From an uncultured Nitrosopumilaceae archaeon (GTDB lineage Archaea; Thermoproteota; Nitrososphaeria; Nitrososphaerales; Nitrosopumilaceae): a stretch of 64,000 nt of DNA. Below the pieces are notes generated by a model. The model was not told the DNA's origin, made no database searches, and was given only the letters and a program-made list of their open reading frames with translations. How positions within the stretch are numbered: the stretch's first letter is position 1; every line of letters begins with the position of its first letter. Made by a program: the position numbers and the translations under genes. Of this stretch, positions 26,154 through 36,110 are shown piece after piece. The DNA is taken from positions 9,811 through 73,810 of the forward strand of contig CAZIHR010000018.1 in the NCBI GenBank assembly GCA_964538885.1, given 5' to 3'.

Positions 26154-27080
26154 CTATTCTGATGTGGAATGTAAAATATCTTGACTCATGTCTTGAATTA
26201 CATGTGCGTGCCTTAGTGTTGTGGTGGGATCTGCTTCTAGATCGAATGCTACTTTCAGCATGTGGATTAGATCTGGATTGGCAGAAATCGAATACCGTAT
26301 CTTGAGAAAGTTTGTCTTGTTAATATATCCTAGATAAAAATAACAGTCAGAAAGCATTGCGTTTTTCACAAAATTATTGTGTTTGTTCTTGATAGCTTGG
26401 GTGTGTTCACCATTTTTTGTAACGTCTGAAAAACCAATTGTAGATTTCAGCATCCGTTCTAGTAGCGAGGGTGTGGCCCTCTCAATTCCAAGCGTTTGGG
26501 TTATCTGTGACATCTTTTCATTTGTATCATTTTTCCACAACTTGCGTGTTGTTTCTAGCATGTGGGATGGACTGGGGGGTTTTTGATTTAGTGCAAACAC
26601 CGCGTCTGCTAGAAGATATGAAGCACATTTTTGCCAACATGCAGAAAACACATCCGAGTCCTGTAATCCTGTTATGCATTTCTGACAACAGAACATGGAT
26701 TCTATGAGACAGTTTCTTGCGTGATCCTTAAATATCTTGGAACGTCTCTCCTCTAATCTCGTTAGGAATCCGCCCAACTCCAACGAGCCATCTGACATTA
26801 TCTGCATTCCATACAAATGGATCAGCTTACTTGTTCGCGTCTCATTAATGGAATGGTGATGTACGTTCACAAATTGTCCCTCATATGGAAGAACCTGACA
26901 ATTCTGCTGACTTTCATCAAATACTGCAATATCATAGTCGCACGAATCAAATGGATTTCCATGCGCCCTGCATCCAGTCATTGCTATGGGAATTTCATGT
27001 AGGCCATTACTCGTCAAAAATTTTTCTAGTTCCATATACAACTCGTGTTTGTGTGTTTGTATAAAACACTGGACAGACAA
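26154..27080 (-). CDS. hypothetical protein, with a possible minimal nucleotidyltransferase fold at the N-terminus
   Basis: 308 aa. MTGCRAHGNPFDSCDYDIAVFDE loosely fits the G-x-x-x-x-G...D-x-D NTase signature. The remainder is predicted helical. The call is weak. Confidence 0.3.
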   Translation of the reverse strand: MSVQCFIQTHKHELYMELEKFLTSNGLHEIPIAMTGCRAHGNPFDSCDYDIAVFDESQQNCQVLPYEGQFVNVHHHSINETRTSKLIHLYGMQIMSDGSLELGGFLTRLEERRSKIFKDHARNCLIESMFCCQKCITGLQDSDVFSACWQKCASYLLADAVFALNQKPPSPSHMLETTRKLWKNDTNEKMSQITQTLGIERATPSLLERMLKSTIGFSDVTKNGEHTQAIKNKHNNFVKNAMLSDCYFYLGYINKTNFLKIRYSISANPDLIHMLKVAFDLEADPTTTLRHAHVIQDMSQDILHSTSE

Positions 27081-27113
27081 TTGTTTACAAACACATCAAG
27101 TCAAAACCCTTCC

Positions 27114-27121
27114 TTTAAATT
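27114..27121 (+). promoter_or_regulatory. TATA-like box for tRNA-Glu
   Basis: TTTAAATT is centred about 29 nt upstream of the tRNA 5' end. Confidence 0.45.
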
Positions 27122-27145
27122 GAGATTGGGGTTGTTTGTCATCAA

Positions 27146-27221
27146 GCTCCTGTGGTGTAGTCCGGCTAAGCATACTGCCCTCTCAAGGCAGTGATCTCGG
27201 GTTCAAATCCCGACGGGAGCA
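27146..27221 (+). tRNA. tRNA-Glu (anticodon CUC)
   Basis: Folded by hand. Acceptor is GCTCCTG/CGGGAGC. The D region GTGTAGTCCGGCTAAGCAT is typical of archaeal tRNA-Glu. The anticodon arm is CTGCC-CTCTCAA-GGCAG. The T arm is TCGGG-TTCAAAT-CCCGA. Discriminator is A and no CCA is encoded. Confidence 0.85.
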
Positions 27222-27708
27222 TGTAATTTTTGTAGATGCTCTCTGTCAATGCACTATAGCAACGCTCGTAAATTAACGTACATCTCAAATCTGTTAAAAG
27301 ATATACTCGTGAGAATTTTATCAATTTACCGTGAAGATATAATAGTAAATAATATTGATAATGGACGTAAATGAAAAAGATCTATTTTACGGGTCAATTA
27401 ACACATGGTGTGAAAATAAAATTTCAGCCAAACACAAGTATCGCGCGCATACAACGCTTGGAAAAAAAAGGAAACAGTTCCTAAAGCAATAATGAGGCTG
27501 CTTACATGCATACAAAGAAAACAAGGTTATAGGCAGAAACAAATCATTAAGAATCTAAACACACCGCAGAGAACAACACACAGGTGGCTGAAAAACATTC
27601 AAAGCTATGGACTCAGAAGAAGACATGACATGCAACTGTGAATCCCTTCTTTTATGATTCTCGATAATGTTGACCTGCTTTAAATAGAAGTTATTTCGGG
27701 TCTCTGTT

Positions 27709-28257
27709 ATGGAGTATCTTACCAAATACCCCAAGACCGTGTCCTTTCTTGATGGACTACGACACCGAATCAATATTGACTGCACGGGCGTGGAGCAACT
27801 TCATGTAGTGGTAAGAAAGAGCTTTGACGAACTTGTTGGGATCCTCGCATCTGAAGGATTTACAAAAGTCAAGTTTGAACACCGGCAACCAAACCAAATA
27901 GGACATGGTATGAACCTCAAACTGAAAAAACCATGGGAGATGCATGTACGAATGGTTGACCTCAAGAAAGGACTTGTTGGGATCCATGCAGAAGTGGAGG
28001 TATCGCGAGACTATCTACAACATCTCTTCTCACAAAGAACACCTGTGGTATATGAGATTGAAACAATACTCAAGAAATATCATGTAGATTATGATATATG
28101 GCATGGCAAGATCAAAAAGAACGTTAATGCAATAATTGACAATTATAGGGTCAAACTTACAACTCCGGCCCTTCCTGTCTTTGCGTGGAAACCAATGCTG
28201 TTTGTGATCTCTACAGTGGGAATCTTTTATGCTTGGAAGTACCTGACTACTATCTGA
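27709..28257 (+). CDS. hypothetical protein with a C-terminal TM anchor
   Basis: 182-aa ORF with a C-terminal hydrophobic segment (MLFVISTVGIFYAWKYL). No motif recognised. Confidence 0.4.
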   Translation: MEYLTKYPKTVSFLDGLRHRINIDCTGVEQLHVVVRKSFDELVGILASEGFTKVKFEHRQPNQIGHGMNLKLKKPWEMHVRMVDLKKGLVGIHAEVEVSRDYLQHLFSQRTPVVYEIETILKKYHVDYDIWHGKIKKNVNAIIDNYRVKLTTPALPVFAWKPMLFVISTVGIFYAWKYLTTI

Positions 28258-28258
28258 G

Positions 28259-28699
28259 TCACACACCAGTTGTTTCTTCCTTTGTCAGCTCAAGAAACAC
28301 TTTGTCACCCACACTTAGCCCCATGTTTTTGTATTCATGTATGTCTAGCTTGAGTTGGGTGATTCCTCCCTGCATTCCAGGCAATCCTCCTCCTGAGAAC
28401 ATCCTGTTGAGATCTTTCATCATGTCGTTCATGTTGGTAAACCCCATGACCTTTGGACTGTCAAACATTGAGGGTGGAATATTGGTATTCTCTTTTAGGT
28501 CCTTGATCGATGACAGTGATACCACCACATATGGCAGGCCGTCTGGCGCGGCATCAATACTTCGTACGACAAACTCTTTTTTCATTACTTTTTGTCTAAT
28601 ATCTTCACTTATAATTTTAATTTCTGGACATTTTACACCTGCTAGAGACGGTTTTAGTACTCTAGGTGGGATTCTGTGACTCGGATTCTGCGATTCCAA
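28259..28699 (-). CDS. hypothetical protein (146 aa) downstream of and overlapping cofE
   Basis: ORF with ordinary composition, co-directional with cofE. It overlaps the cofE 3' end by 38 nt if the first ATG is used. Confidence 0.4.
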   Translation of the reverse strand: MESQNPSHRIPPRVLKPSLAGVKCPEIKIISEDIRQKVMKKEFVVRSIDAAPDGLPYVVVSLSSIKDLKENTNIPPSMFDSPKVMGFTNMNDMMKDLNRMFSGGGLPGMQGGITQLKLDIHEYKNMGLSVGDKVFLELTKEETTGV

Positions 28700-29510
28700 T
28701 GGTTTGTAATTCCATCTTCTGGCCGATTTGATCTTTTGCTTGTTCTTGCTCTGAGAGACTCCTTACGTATACGCACCGTTCTGGTGTGATTGCAGTCTCA
28801 TTTCTATTGATCTTCCTGCTAGTCAACATCGCCCCTGAATTACTCACTATTGCAAAGGGTCTTGACTCAGAACCCTCACCCATCATGAGATTGGCAATGG
28901 TTGCTATACTGTCTGCCACAGCCTGAGATGTCACCTTGAGCATATTCCCGTCAAGATCTCTTTCTGCCCTCATATCTCGTACTGGCTCAATTCCCGCACA
29001 CGCCACGGCGACCCCTGATGTCCCTGTCCTTGCTGGCATCAATCTGCTGTCTACAAGCACCACCCCAACGTGTATTTTGAATTCCAGAAAGACTTTTCTG
29101 TGTATTTGTTCTGCTACTAGGTGAGGATCCTCAGGATAAAGTATCATCGCGTCTCTTTTTGCATTTGACTTGTCTATGCCTGCATTTGGTGCCATGATGC
29201 CTCCTGTTGACGCCATGACAAATCCTGCAATACCTCCAAAGATGTGATCAGATTCTCTTAGTATAATTTCTGCAACTTTGGCATCTAGTTGAAATTTTTT
29301 TGATAGTATGTTGCTTTGAGTGGTTGTTTTTACATCTGTCATCCTGATTATTCTTCCTTGAGAGTTTGACACAAATTTTGTTGAAATTACTAGTATGTCG
29401 CCGTCATTGAGCACTGTGTGATTATTTTGCAGTGTATCCAAAAGCGTCTTGAAGAGATCAAATCTGCCCTCTTTTTTTTCAATGTGTAGTGGATTTACTG
29501 TCAAATACAT
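28662..29510 (-). CDS. cofE: coenzyme F420:L-glutamate ligase
   Basis: 282 aa. DGDILVISTKFVSNSQGR, APNAGIDKSNA, VVLVDSRLMPARTGTSGVAVACAGI and ADSIATIANLMMGEGSESRPFAIV match CofE. Confidence 0.85.
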   Translation of the reverse strand: MYLTVNPLHIEKKEGRFDLFKTLLDTLQNNHTVLNDGDILVISTKFVSNSQGRIIRMTDVKTTTQSNILSKKFQLDAKVAEIILRESDHIFGGIAGFVMASTGGIMAPNAGIDKSNAKRDAMILYPEDPHLVAEQIHRKVFLEFKIHVGVVLVDSRLMPARTGTSGVAVACAGIEPVRDMRAERDLDGNMLKVTSQAVADSIATIANLMMGEGSESRPFAIVSNSGAMLTSRKINRNETAITPERCVYVRSLSEQEQAKDQIGQKMELQTIGIAESESQNPT

Positions 29511-29583
29511 GATTATATTGGCTTGGTCTTTCTTTTTTATTGTTCTGAAAAGATTTTAATCTACAATACTGGTTTTGTCGATC

Positions 29584-30855
29584 ATGAATATAGTAGAAAA
29601 GATTCTTGCGCGGGCATCCAACAAAAATCGAGTTTCCCCCGGAGACGTAATATTTGCAAACGTAGATAAGGTAATGGTTCATGATGTGTCGGGCCCTGGC
29701 GTCATCAAAGTATTTGACAAGTTAAAGAAACGGGGCATAAATGTAGACAGATTGTGGGATCCTACTAAGGTGTGGGTTGCCGAAGATCATTTTGTACCTT
29801 CTGCTGAAAAGATCTCGGCTGAGAATATAGTAAAACTACAAAACTTTACCAAAAACTATGGAATCGAAAAGCACTTCAAGTATGGCATGGGCCAGTATGG
29901 GATATGTCATACACTCTCACATGAGGAAGCTATGGTAATGCCTGGTGATGTCTATGTGGGTGGTGACTCTCATACAAACACCACTGGTGCACTTGGGGCA
30001 TTTGCGTGTGGTCTTGGACATACGGATATAGCATATGTACTGCTCAATGGTAATATCTGGTTCAGAGTTCCAGAGACTCTATATTTTCAGCTTAACGGGA
30101 AACTACCTAATCATGTAATGGCAAAGGATCTCATATTGAAGATCATAGGAGATATAGGGACAGACGGTGCTGCATACAAGACTATGCAATTTGGAGGAAC
30201 TGGAATCCGTGATATGTCGGTGGAAGGGCGGCTGACCTTGTGTAACATGACTACGGAGGCAGGTGCTAAAAATGGTATAGTTGAGCCCGACCAGAAAGTG
30301 ATTGACTATTTGTCATATCGTGGTGCCAAGTACATGTGTGTCGTAACAGGAGATGATGATGCTGATTACTCCAAAGTGTTTGAGTATGAGGGTGATGAAA
30401 TGGAACCTATGGTGGCAAAACCATTCTCACCAGAAAATACCACTGTTGCAAGAGAAGCACCGCTAGTTGAGCTGGACAAGTCTTACATAGGCTCATGTAC
30501 TGGTGCTAAATACGAAGATCTGGAAGCTGCGGCCCGCATCCTCAAAGGAAGAAGAGTACGAATCAGAACAGAGATACTTCCTGCAGCAGTTTCAATTTAT
30601 CGACGAGCAATGGAGGATGGTCTACTGCGGATCTTTTTAGATGCAGGAGCTACGGTGGGCCCTCCTACGTGTGGAGCGTGTTGTGGTGCACATATGGGTG
30701 TACTTGCTGAAGGTGAAGTATGTATCAGTACCACCAACAGAAACTTTCCTGGACGAATGGGACATATTGACTCGCAGACGTATCTCTCATCCCCCTTAGT
30801 TGCTGCAGCATCTGCTGTCACTGGCAAAATTACAGACCCGAGGGATCTTGATTGA
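29584..30855 (+). CDS. aconitase-family dehydratase large subunit, archaeal short type (3-isopropylmalate dehydratase/homoaconitase, LeuC/HacA-like)
   Basis: About 423 aa from ATG 29584 (MNIVEKILARAS). Motifs include VHDVSGP, GGDSHTNTTGALGAFACGLG, CNMTTEAGAK, IGSCTGAKYEDL, PPTCGACCG and STTNRNFPGRMG. Confidence 0.85.
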   Translation: MNIVEKILARASNKNRVSPGDVIFANVDKVMVHDVSGPGVIKVFDKLKKRGINVDRLWDPTKVWVAEDHFVPSAEKISAENIVKLQNFTKNYGIEKHFKYGMGQYGICHTLSHEEAMVMPGDVYVGGDSHTNTTGALGAFACGLGHTDIAYVLLNGNIWFRVPETLYFQLNGKLPNHVMAKDLILKIIGDIGTDGAAYKTMQFGGTGIRDMSVEGRLTLCNMTTEAGAKNGIVEPDQKVIDYLSYRGAKYMCVVTGDDDADYSKVFEYEGDEMEPMVAKPFSPENTTVAREAPLVELDKSYIGSCTGAKYEDLEAAARILKGRRVRIRTEILPAAVSIYRRAMEDGLLRIFLDAGATVGPPTCGACCGAHMGVLAEGEVCISTTNRNFPGRMGHIDSQTYLSSPLVAAASAVTGKITDPRDLD

Positions 30856-31343
30856 AAGGACGCGCCATAAAATATGAAAGGGATAACATCGACACAGATG
30901 TCATAATTCCAGGTCAGTATCTTAAGGTTCATGATTATGCTGAACTTGCAGAGCATGCTATGGAAGGACTCGATCCAAATTTTCACTCCAAAGTACGGGA
31001 GGGTGATTTTGTGGTAGCTGGCAGGAACTTTGGGTGTGGCTCATCACGAGAGCATGCACCCATTGCATTGTCGCATTCTGGAATAAAGGCAGTACTTGCG
31101 CTGTCTTTTGCAAGAATATTCTACAGAAATGCAGTGGACGGTGCATTTCTACTTCCAATTGAGATTGATCAGAATGGATACTCTGCAATATCTGATGGTG
31201 ATGATCTTGAACTTGATCTTGCTTCAAATATAGTACTCAACATTACCAAAAATCAGACTTACAAAATCAAACCATTCCCAGATATAATTGGCAAGATAAT
31301 CGCCGCAGGCGGACTATTTGAATACAAGCCAGACGGGGATTGA
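30852..31343 (+). CDS. aconitase-family dehydratase small subunit, archaeal short type (LeuD/HacB-like)
   Basis: 163 aa. [16 protein letters not shown] and [17 protein letters not shown] are present. The TTG start overlaps the upstream TGA. Confidence 0.85.
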   Translation: MKGRAIKYERDNIDTDVIIPGQYLKVHDYAELAEHAMEGLDPNFHSKVREGDFVVAGRNFGCGSSREHAPIALSHSGIKAVLALSFARIFYRNAVDGAFLLPIEIDQNGYSAISDGDDLELDLASNIVLNITKNQTYKIKPFPDIIGKIIAAGGLFEYKPDGD

Positions 31344-31344
31344 G

Positions 31345-32760
31345 ATGGGAAAGACCCTTTTTGAGAAGATTTGGGATGCACATGTGGTGGTTGGTAAGCA
31401 GGATGGCCCCTCCCTAATTTACATCGACAGGCACCTAATTCACGAGGTGACATCCCCCCAAGCATTTGATGGACTACGTATGAATGACAGACAAGTGAGG
31501 CGGCCAGATCTGACTATTGCAACAGTAGATCACAACGTACCCACATCAAATCGCAAACTCCCCATATTGGATCAGATATCTGCTGTACAGATTCAGACCT
31601 TGAAAAAAAACTGTGAGGACTTTGGCATTCAATTGTTTGATGTACATAGTCCTAATCAGGGAATCGTACATGTTATTGGGCCTCAGCTCGGAATCACACT
31701 GCCCGGTACTACAATAGTGTGTGGTGACAGCCACACATCAACTCATGGTGCCTTTGGTGCACTTGCGTTTGGAATAGGTACCAGCGAGGTAGAACATGTG
31801 CTTGCATTACAGACATTGTGGTTGGAAAAACCAAAATCCTTTGAGATCCGAATGGAAGGAAAACGCAGGAATCCACATGCAGTGACTGCAAAGGACATGA
31901 TACTGTCACTTATCAGGAAGATTGGCACGGCGGGAGGTACAGGCTCTGTTTTTGAGTATCGGGGTCAAGCAATATCTGATCTTTCCATGGAACAACGCAT
32001 GACAATATGTAATATGTCGATTGAGGCCGGTGCTCGTGCGGGTTTGGTGGCTCCTGATGAAAAAACATTTGCATATCTACGTGGGCAGAAATATACTCCA
32101 AAGAACTATGAATCTCTGGTGGATTGTTGGAAGGAGACACTTGTAACTGATGGGAGCGCACATTATGATAAGAGTTACATGATGAATGTGGATGAGATTG
32201 CGCCTCAAGTAAGCTGGGGGACGAGTCCTAGTATGACCTGCGACGTGACAGATTACATTCCTACACCTGAAGACTTTTCTGGCGGTGATGATGGCCAAAA
32301 GAAAAGCGCACAAAGGGCACTTGAATATATGGAACTTGAATCGGGTATGGCAATAACTGATATCTTTATTGATAGGGTATTCATAGGCTCTTGCACCAAC
32401 GCACGCCTTGAGGATTTGGTTGAGGCATCGCTGGCGATAAAGGGTAGAAAAGTTGCTCATGATGTGAGGGCTATGGTGGTACCAGGTTCTCAGATGGTAA
32501 AAAGGCAGGCCGAAGAGATGCATCTTGATAAGATCTTTATCGATGCTGGCTTTGAGTGGAGAGAGTCTGGATGTAGTATGTGTCTTGGAATGAATCCAGA
32601 TATACTTACATCCGGAGAGAGATGTGCAAGCACCTCAAACAGGAATTTTGAGGGCAGGCAGGGCACCGGTGGTAGAACTCATTTGGTGAGTCCGGTGATG
32701 GCTGCCGCGGCTGCAATTGAGGGACATTTTGTGGATGTAAGATCCATGGATCTGAACTGA
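31345..32760 (+). CDS. leuC: 3-isopropylmalate dehydratase large subunit, bacterial long type
   Basis: About 471 aa from ATG 31345. [82 protein letters not shown] and [12 protein letters not shown] match LeuC. Confidence 0.9.
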   Translation: MGKTLFEKIWDAHVVVGKQDGPSLIYIDRHLIHEVTSPQAFDGLRMNDRQVRRPDLTIATVDHNVPTSNRKLPILDQISAVQIQTLKKNCEDFGIQLFDVHSPNQGIVHVIGPQLGITLPGTTIVCGDSHTSTHGAFGALAFGIGTSEVEHVLALQTLWLEKPKSFEIRMEGKRRNPHAVTAKDMILSLIRKIGTAGGTGSVFEYRGQAISDLSMEQRMTICNMSIEAGARAGLVAPDEKTFAYLRGQKYTPKNYESLVDCWKETLVTDGSAHYDKSYMMNVDEIAPQVSWGTSPSMTCDVTDYIPTPEDFSGGDDGQKKSAQRALEYMELESGMAITDIFIDRVFIGSCTNARLEDLVEASLAIKGRKVAHDVRAMVVPGSQMVKRQAEEMHLDKIFIDAGFEWRESGCSMCLGMNPDILTSGERCASTSNRNFEGRQGTGGRTHLVSPVMAAAAAIEGHFVDVRSMDLN

Positions 32761-32761
32761 C

Positions 32762-33346
32762 ATGAAGCCGTTTACGAAAATCAAGAGTATAGTTACCCCG
32801 CTTGGCAAGACAAATGTGGATACTGATCAGATAGTTCCAAAACAGTTCCTCAAACTTGTCCAAAAATCTGGATTTGGCAAGTATCTATTTTATGACTGGC
32901 GGTATGATGACAGAGAGCATCCAAAGCCAGATTTTATACTAAATGATCCGCGATACAAAAACTCGAAGATACTTGTTGCAGGTGATAACTTTGGGTGCGG
33001 CTCTAGTCGCGAACATGCTGTGTGGGCACTTGCCGACCATGGTTTTTCCGTGGTTATTGCTCCTTCTTTTGCGGACATATTTTACAGCAACTGTTTCAAG
33101 AATGGGGTACTGCCAGTGCGTCTGAATCGGGAATCCGTAGGCATGCTACTCTCCGAACATGAAGAGGTGGAGGTGGATCTGTCTACTCAAACAATTAGAA
33201 CTAGTTCAGGACGGATCCAGTTTGAGCTAGACTATCATAGGAAGAAGATCCTACTAGAAGGACTAGACGACATAGCCCAAACACTACAGTTTGAGGCGCA
33301 GATCACAGAGTTTGAGCAACAGTCCGACGTTCCATCTGTCTTGTGA
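32762..33346 (+). CDS. leuD: 3-isopropylmalate dehydratase small subunit, bacterial long type
   Basis: 194 aa. NVDTDQIVPKQFLKLVQKSGFGKYLFYDWRY and [17 protein letters not shown] match LeuD. Confidence 0.9.
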   Translation: MKPFTKIKSIVTPLGKTNVDTDQIVPKQFLKLVQKSGFGKYLFYDWRYDDREHPKPDFILNDPRYKNSKILVAGDNFGCGSSREHAVWALADHGFSVVIAPSFADIFYSNCFKNGVLPVRLNRESVGMLLSEHEEVEVDLSTQTIRTSSGRIQFELDYHRKKILLEGLDDIAQTLQFEAQITEFEQQSDVPSVL

Positions 33347-34043
33347 TTTTTTGGACAATTCTTTTGTTCCGTTCCAGTATTACAGGTGACTCGGCATCTA
33401 TCCAATCTGTATTGCCTATATCAAAGGCACAGACTTTACCTTCATCTGCAAGTGGCTCTAGAATGTCATATGACAGGTTAACTGCATCAACTCTTTTTTC
33501 CTTAATTCTATCTAGTATCTTTTTTTGTAGCATGTATATGCCGAGGCATTCGGACATTTGAAGATTAATCTTGGGTTTTTCTTTGAATTGTCTGATCATG
33601 CCGTCTTTTACCACTGCAAATCCTGTCTCTTCCTTTCTTCTTGTTCGTGTGGCGATGCAAGCTATGCTCTTTTTTTGTCTAAAATAATTCCTCATTGCAC
33701 TCAGATCTATAGCACACAGATTGTCTACAAACCACAACACGAATCCTGTCTCTCCTACCAGTTTTTTCTCAGCGCAAAGTATGTCTCTACCAGTACCGCG
33801 CCCAGTATCTTGAACAAATACAATCTTTTCTGTGCGGTTTTTGTAATAGTTTTTAATCTGCCCTCCCATTCCCCCAAAGTTTGCTACTATAACAATCTCA
33901 CTGACAAAGTTGAATGTATTGATGTATTTTGTGATGTGATCTATTAGTGGTCTTCCGTTTATGGGGATCATTGCTTTTGGGAAATAATCCGTATATGGTC
34001 TTCCACGGGTTCCTATGCCGCCTGCTAAGATTACTACCTTCAC
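33303..34043 (-). CDS. sugar-phosphate nucleotidyltransferase (NTP_transferase family)
   Basis: 246 aa with a GTG start. (M)KVVILAGGIGTRGRPYTDYFPKAMIPINGRPLIDH is the canonical G-x-G-T-R signature. Confidence 0.8.
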   Translation of the reverse strand: MKVVILAGGIGTRGRPYTDYFPKAMIPINGRPLIDHITKYINTFNFVSEIVIVANFGGMGGQIKNYYKNRTEKIVFVQDTGRGTGRDILCAEKKLVGETGFVLWFVDNLCAIDLSAMRNYFRQKKSIACIATRTRRKEETGFAVVKDGMIRQFKEKPKINLQMSECLGIYMLQKKILDRIKEKRVDAVNLSYDILEPLADEGKVCAFDIGNTDWIDAESPVILERNKRIVQKITRQMERRTVAQTL

Positions 34044-34046
34044 GAC

Positions 34047-34496
34047 CTAACGATATGATTTTTGCTTTCTTCTTCTTGCGCCGGGTCCGCCAAACTTCTT
34101 TGGTTCCTTTCTTCTTGCGTCCCCACTTATCAGATATTTGTCAAACTCTGAAATTCTGTTTCGCAGATCACGTCTAGATGCCTTTGGCAACGGGTGATCT
34201 TTTGGTTCTTTTTTTGATTTTGTCCACCCTGTAAGTGCCCTTGCAATGCCTGTAGCTGCAGCACTGGCTTGTCCCATGTATCCGCCACCTCTTACCCTCA
34301 CTGATATGTCTATTTTGTCTCTAATTTCTCCTACAATCTCAAGTGGTGCCAACATCACTTCTCTCGCGGTTTCTTGTGGAATCATCTCTACTGGAATGTT
34401 GTTTATTCTTACCTTTCCCTTACCTTTTGTGATGTAGACATGTGCACTGGCAGTCTTTCGTGTTGCAAAGTAAATCTCAGTCTTTGGTGTAGTCAT
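34047..34496 (-). CDS. rps9: 30S ribosomal protein S9 (uS9)
   Basis: 149 aa. VRVRGGGYMGQASAAATGIARAL and the C-terminal ...RRRKQKSYR match uS9. Confidence 0.95.
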   Translation of the reverse strand: MTTPKTEIYFATRKTASAHVYITKGKGKVRINNIPVEMIPQETAREVMLAPLEIVGEIRDKIDISVRVRGGGYMGQASAAATGIARALTGWTKSKKEPKDHPLPKASRRDLRNRISEFDKYLISGDARRKEPKKFGGPGARRRKQKSYR

Positions 34497-35056
34497 TCAG
34501 TCCACCCAACAGTCCTGCTTAGATCCGCCATTGTGGTATAATTTGCGGATGCTCTGGTAATCTTTGCCTTTTCAAATTGAATCTTCTTAAATGCGTGTAA
34601 TTCCTTAGGGGAGCCAATGTATGTTCTGAGTCTCTTGTGGGCTGCCATGCCTGATGGCTTTTTTCTTGGCAGCATACCGCGGATCATCCTCTTCATGATT
34701 GTATCTGGTCTTCTGGGATGAAAGGGTCCGTGTTTTGGATTTAGAATACTTGCAATCTCCAAAAAATCTCTATATTCTTTGATTATTGCTGAGCGTGTTC
34801 CACTGATCATAATTTTCTCACAGTTGACAATTGAGACTCTGTTATCCTGTAGTAGCAATTTTGCAACGTGTGTAGCAAGTCTTCCTGCAATATGATTTGT
34901 GGCATCAACTACTATGGGACTGTTGACTTTCATCGGGGGTATGTCTTCTGATTGTTTGGTATGTTCTATGACATCATTTGTATCTTGACTGTAGGTCATG
35001 GTGACACTTTGATTATCCAAGTAGTATGACCTCCTTTCCTGTGGGATTTCGCTCAA
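34493..35056 (-). CDS. rpl13: 50S ribosomal protein L13 (uL13)
   Basis: VVDATNHIAGRLATHVAKLLLQDNRVSIVNCEKIMISG matches uL13. The longest ORF overlaps rpl18e by 44 nt, so the true start may be an internal Met (34999 or 34933). Confidence 0.9.
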   Translation of the reverse strand: MSEIPQERRSYYLDNQSVTMTYSQDTNDVIEHTKQSEDIPPMKVNSPIVVDATNHIAGRLATHVAKLLLQDNRVSIVNCEKIMISGTRSAIIKEYRDFLEIASILNPKHGPFHPRRPDTIMKRMIRGMLPRKKPSGMAAHKRLRTYIGSPKELHAFKKIQFEKAKITRASANYTTMADLSRTVGWTE

Positions 35057-35360
35057 TCATCTCAGAATGATCTATAACTGTGCCTCCCCTTTCAAGTATC
35101 TTTGATGCGGCAGTGTTTGAGATTGAAAATGAGTAAAGTGTAATTTTGTGTGACATGTTACCTGTGCCCAAAACCTTACCTGGAAAAACTACTGTGTCGT
35201 TATCCTTTGTTAGTTTGTCGATCTTGTACAAGTTGATGTTACGTCTTGCAATGGATGGTTTTTGTGCATATTCTGCAAGCTTTGACCATATTGGGGCTTT
35301 GTTTGTAATTGATGCTTTTTTGAGATCCTTTACAATGCGTAAAACTATCTGGTTGGCCAT
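35013..35360 (-). CDS. rpl18e: 50S ribosomal protein L18e (eL18)
   Basis: 115 aa. APIWSKLAEYAQKPSIARRNINLYKIDKLTKDNDTVVFPGKVLGTG matches eL18. Confidence 0.85.
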   Translation of the reverse strand: MANQIVLRIVKDLKKASITNKAPIWSKLAEYAQKPSIARRNINLYKIDKLTKDNDTVVFPGKVLGTGNMSHKITLYSFSISNTAASKILERGGTVIDHSEMIERNPTGKEVILLG

Positions 35361-35394
35361 GTGATTATTGCGATTTAAAACCCAAATATAATGT

Positions 35395-36033
35395 CTATGC
35401 TTGAATGGCCTCTATGGTGTCTTTGAATTCTGCAATTCTGTCACTGAGCTCGGCAATTCCTGCTTGAATGATCTGTTCTGGATCAAGTGCCCCTGTAGAT
35501 TCCACTGTGAGTATCCGTTCGTCATCGTTGTCTGTCTCTGTCAGGGTTGCTATATTCGACGAGTTCCATTTGGCATGTTCAGTGCCCCTTCCAAGTCTTG
35601 CATAGCATTCTGCCTTAACTCTTTGACCTGGTGCCATCTGTACAATCGGAATTCTGTCTGAAACGGGTTTTACTGTGTCGTCTTCTGATGTTAGATCGCT
35701 TGACATGACGGTCTTTACAACGTCAGACTCTCCTGAATCCAAGACTAGCATTATTTTACAGTTGGAGCAACCTGCCTTGCTTTGGCATTGGCATTTTACC
35801 TGCTCATTGTATTCACCTGGCATTGTTTTTAGGGGAATCAATCCAAGTCTATGTGCTAGTCCTTCATCGGGAAATATTGATGTGTTTTCAATAATATCTA
35901 CGGTGTCAATTGCAAAGATGGGAATGCCGTTGAGGCATACGCGCCTGAGAGCATTTGCATATTGTAGTGGAATGTCTTTGATCTTTACAGAGATCTTTTT
36001 GTTGTCTTTATTGATAACTTCTAGAGAAGGCAA
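35395..36033 (-). CDS. rpoD: DNA-directed RNA polymerase subunit D (Rpo3)
   Basis: 212 aa with a TTG start. ANALRRVCLNGIPIFAIDTVDIIENTSIFPDEGLAHRLGLIPL is present, along with a Cys cluster (CQCQSKAGCSNC). Confidence 0.9.
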   Translation of the reverse strand: MPSLEVINKDNKKISVKIKDIPLQYANALRRVCLNGIPIFAIDTVDIIENTSIFPDEGLAHRLGLIPLKTMPGEYNEQVKCQCQSKAGCSNCKIMLVLDSGESDVVKTVMSSDLTSEDDTVKPVSDRIPIVQMAPGQRVKAECYARLGRGTEHAKWNSSNIATLTETDNDDERILTVESTGALDPEQIIQAGIAELSDRIAEFKDTIEAIQA

Positions 36034-36110
36034 ATTATGAACAAATTTTTTCTAGTCCCAATAAAAATCTTGATGATGACTCTGAAAGTACAGATATGTG
36101 TTTTTTTAGG

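Noticed and set aside
25858-26305. Track ORFs 25858..26064 and 26111..26305
   Set aside because: They are Cys/Leu-rich with implausible composition. The second is antisense to 26154..27080. No supporting signals were seen.
27146-28257. Integrated element at tRNA-Glu. This includes a 49-aa HTH-like ORF at 27492..27641 (MRLLTCIQRKQGYRQKQIIKNLNTPQRTTHRWLKNIQSYGLRRRHDMQL) and a 43-aa ORF at 27362..27493 separated by an A8 tract
   Set aside because: There is no integrase gene, and I could find no direct repeat of the tRNA 3' half nearby. The small ORFs are weak and may be a frameshifted relic. The evidence is insufficient to call a mobile element.
28662-28699. Tandem 14-nt near-repeat (GAATCGCAGAATCC/GAGTCACAGAATCC on the minus strand), so that ESQNP is encoded both at the cofE C-terminus and at the N-terminus of the overlapping downstream ORF
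   Set aside because: It is a local micro-duplication that explains the 38-nt overlap. No functional implication is evident.
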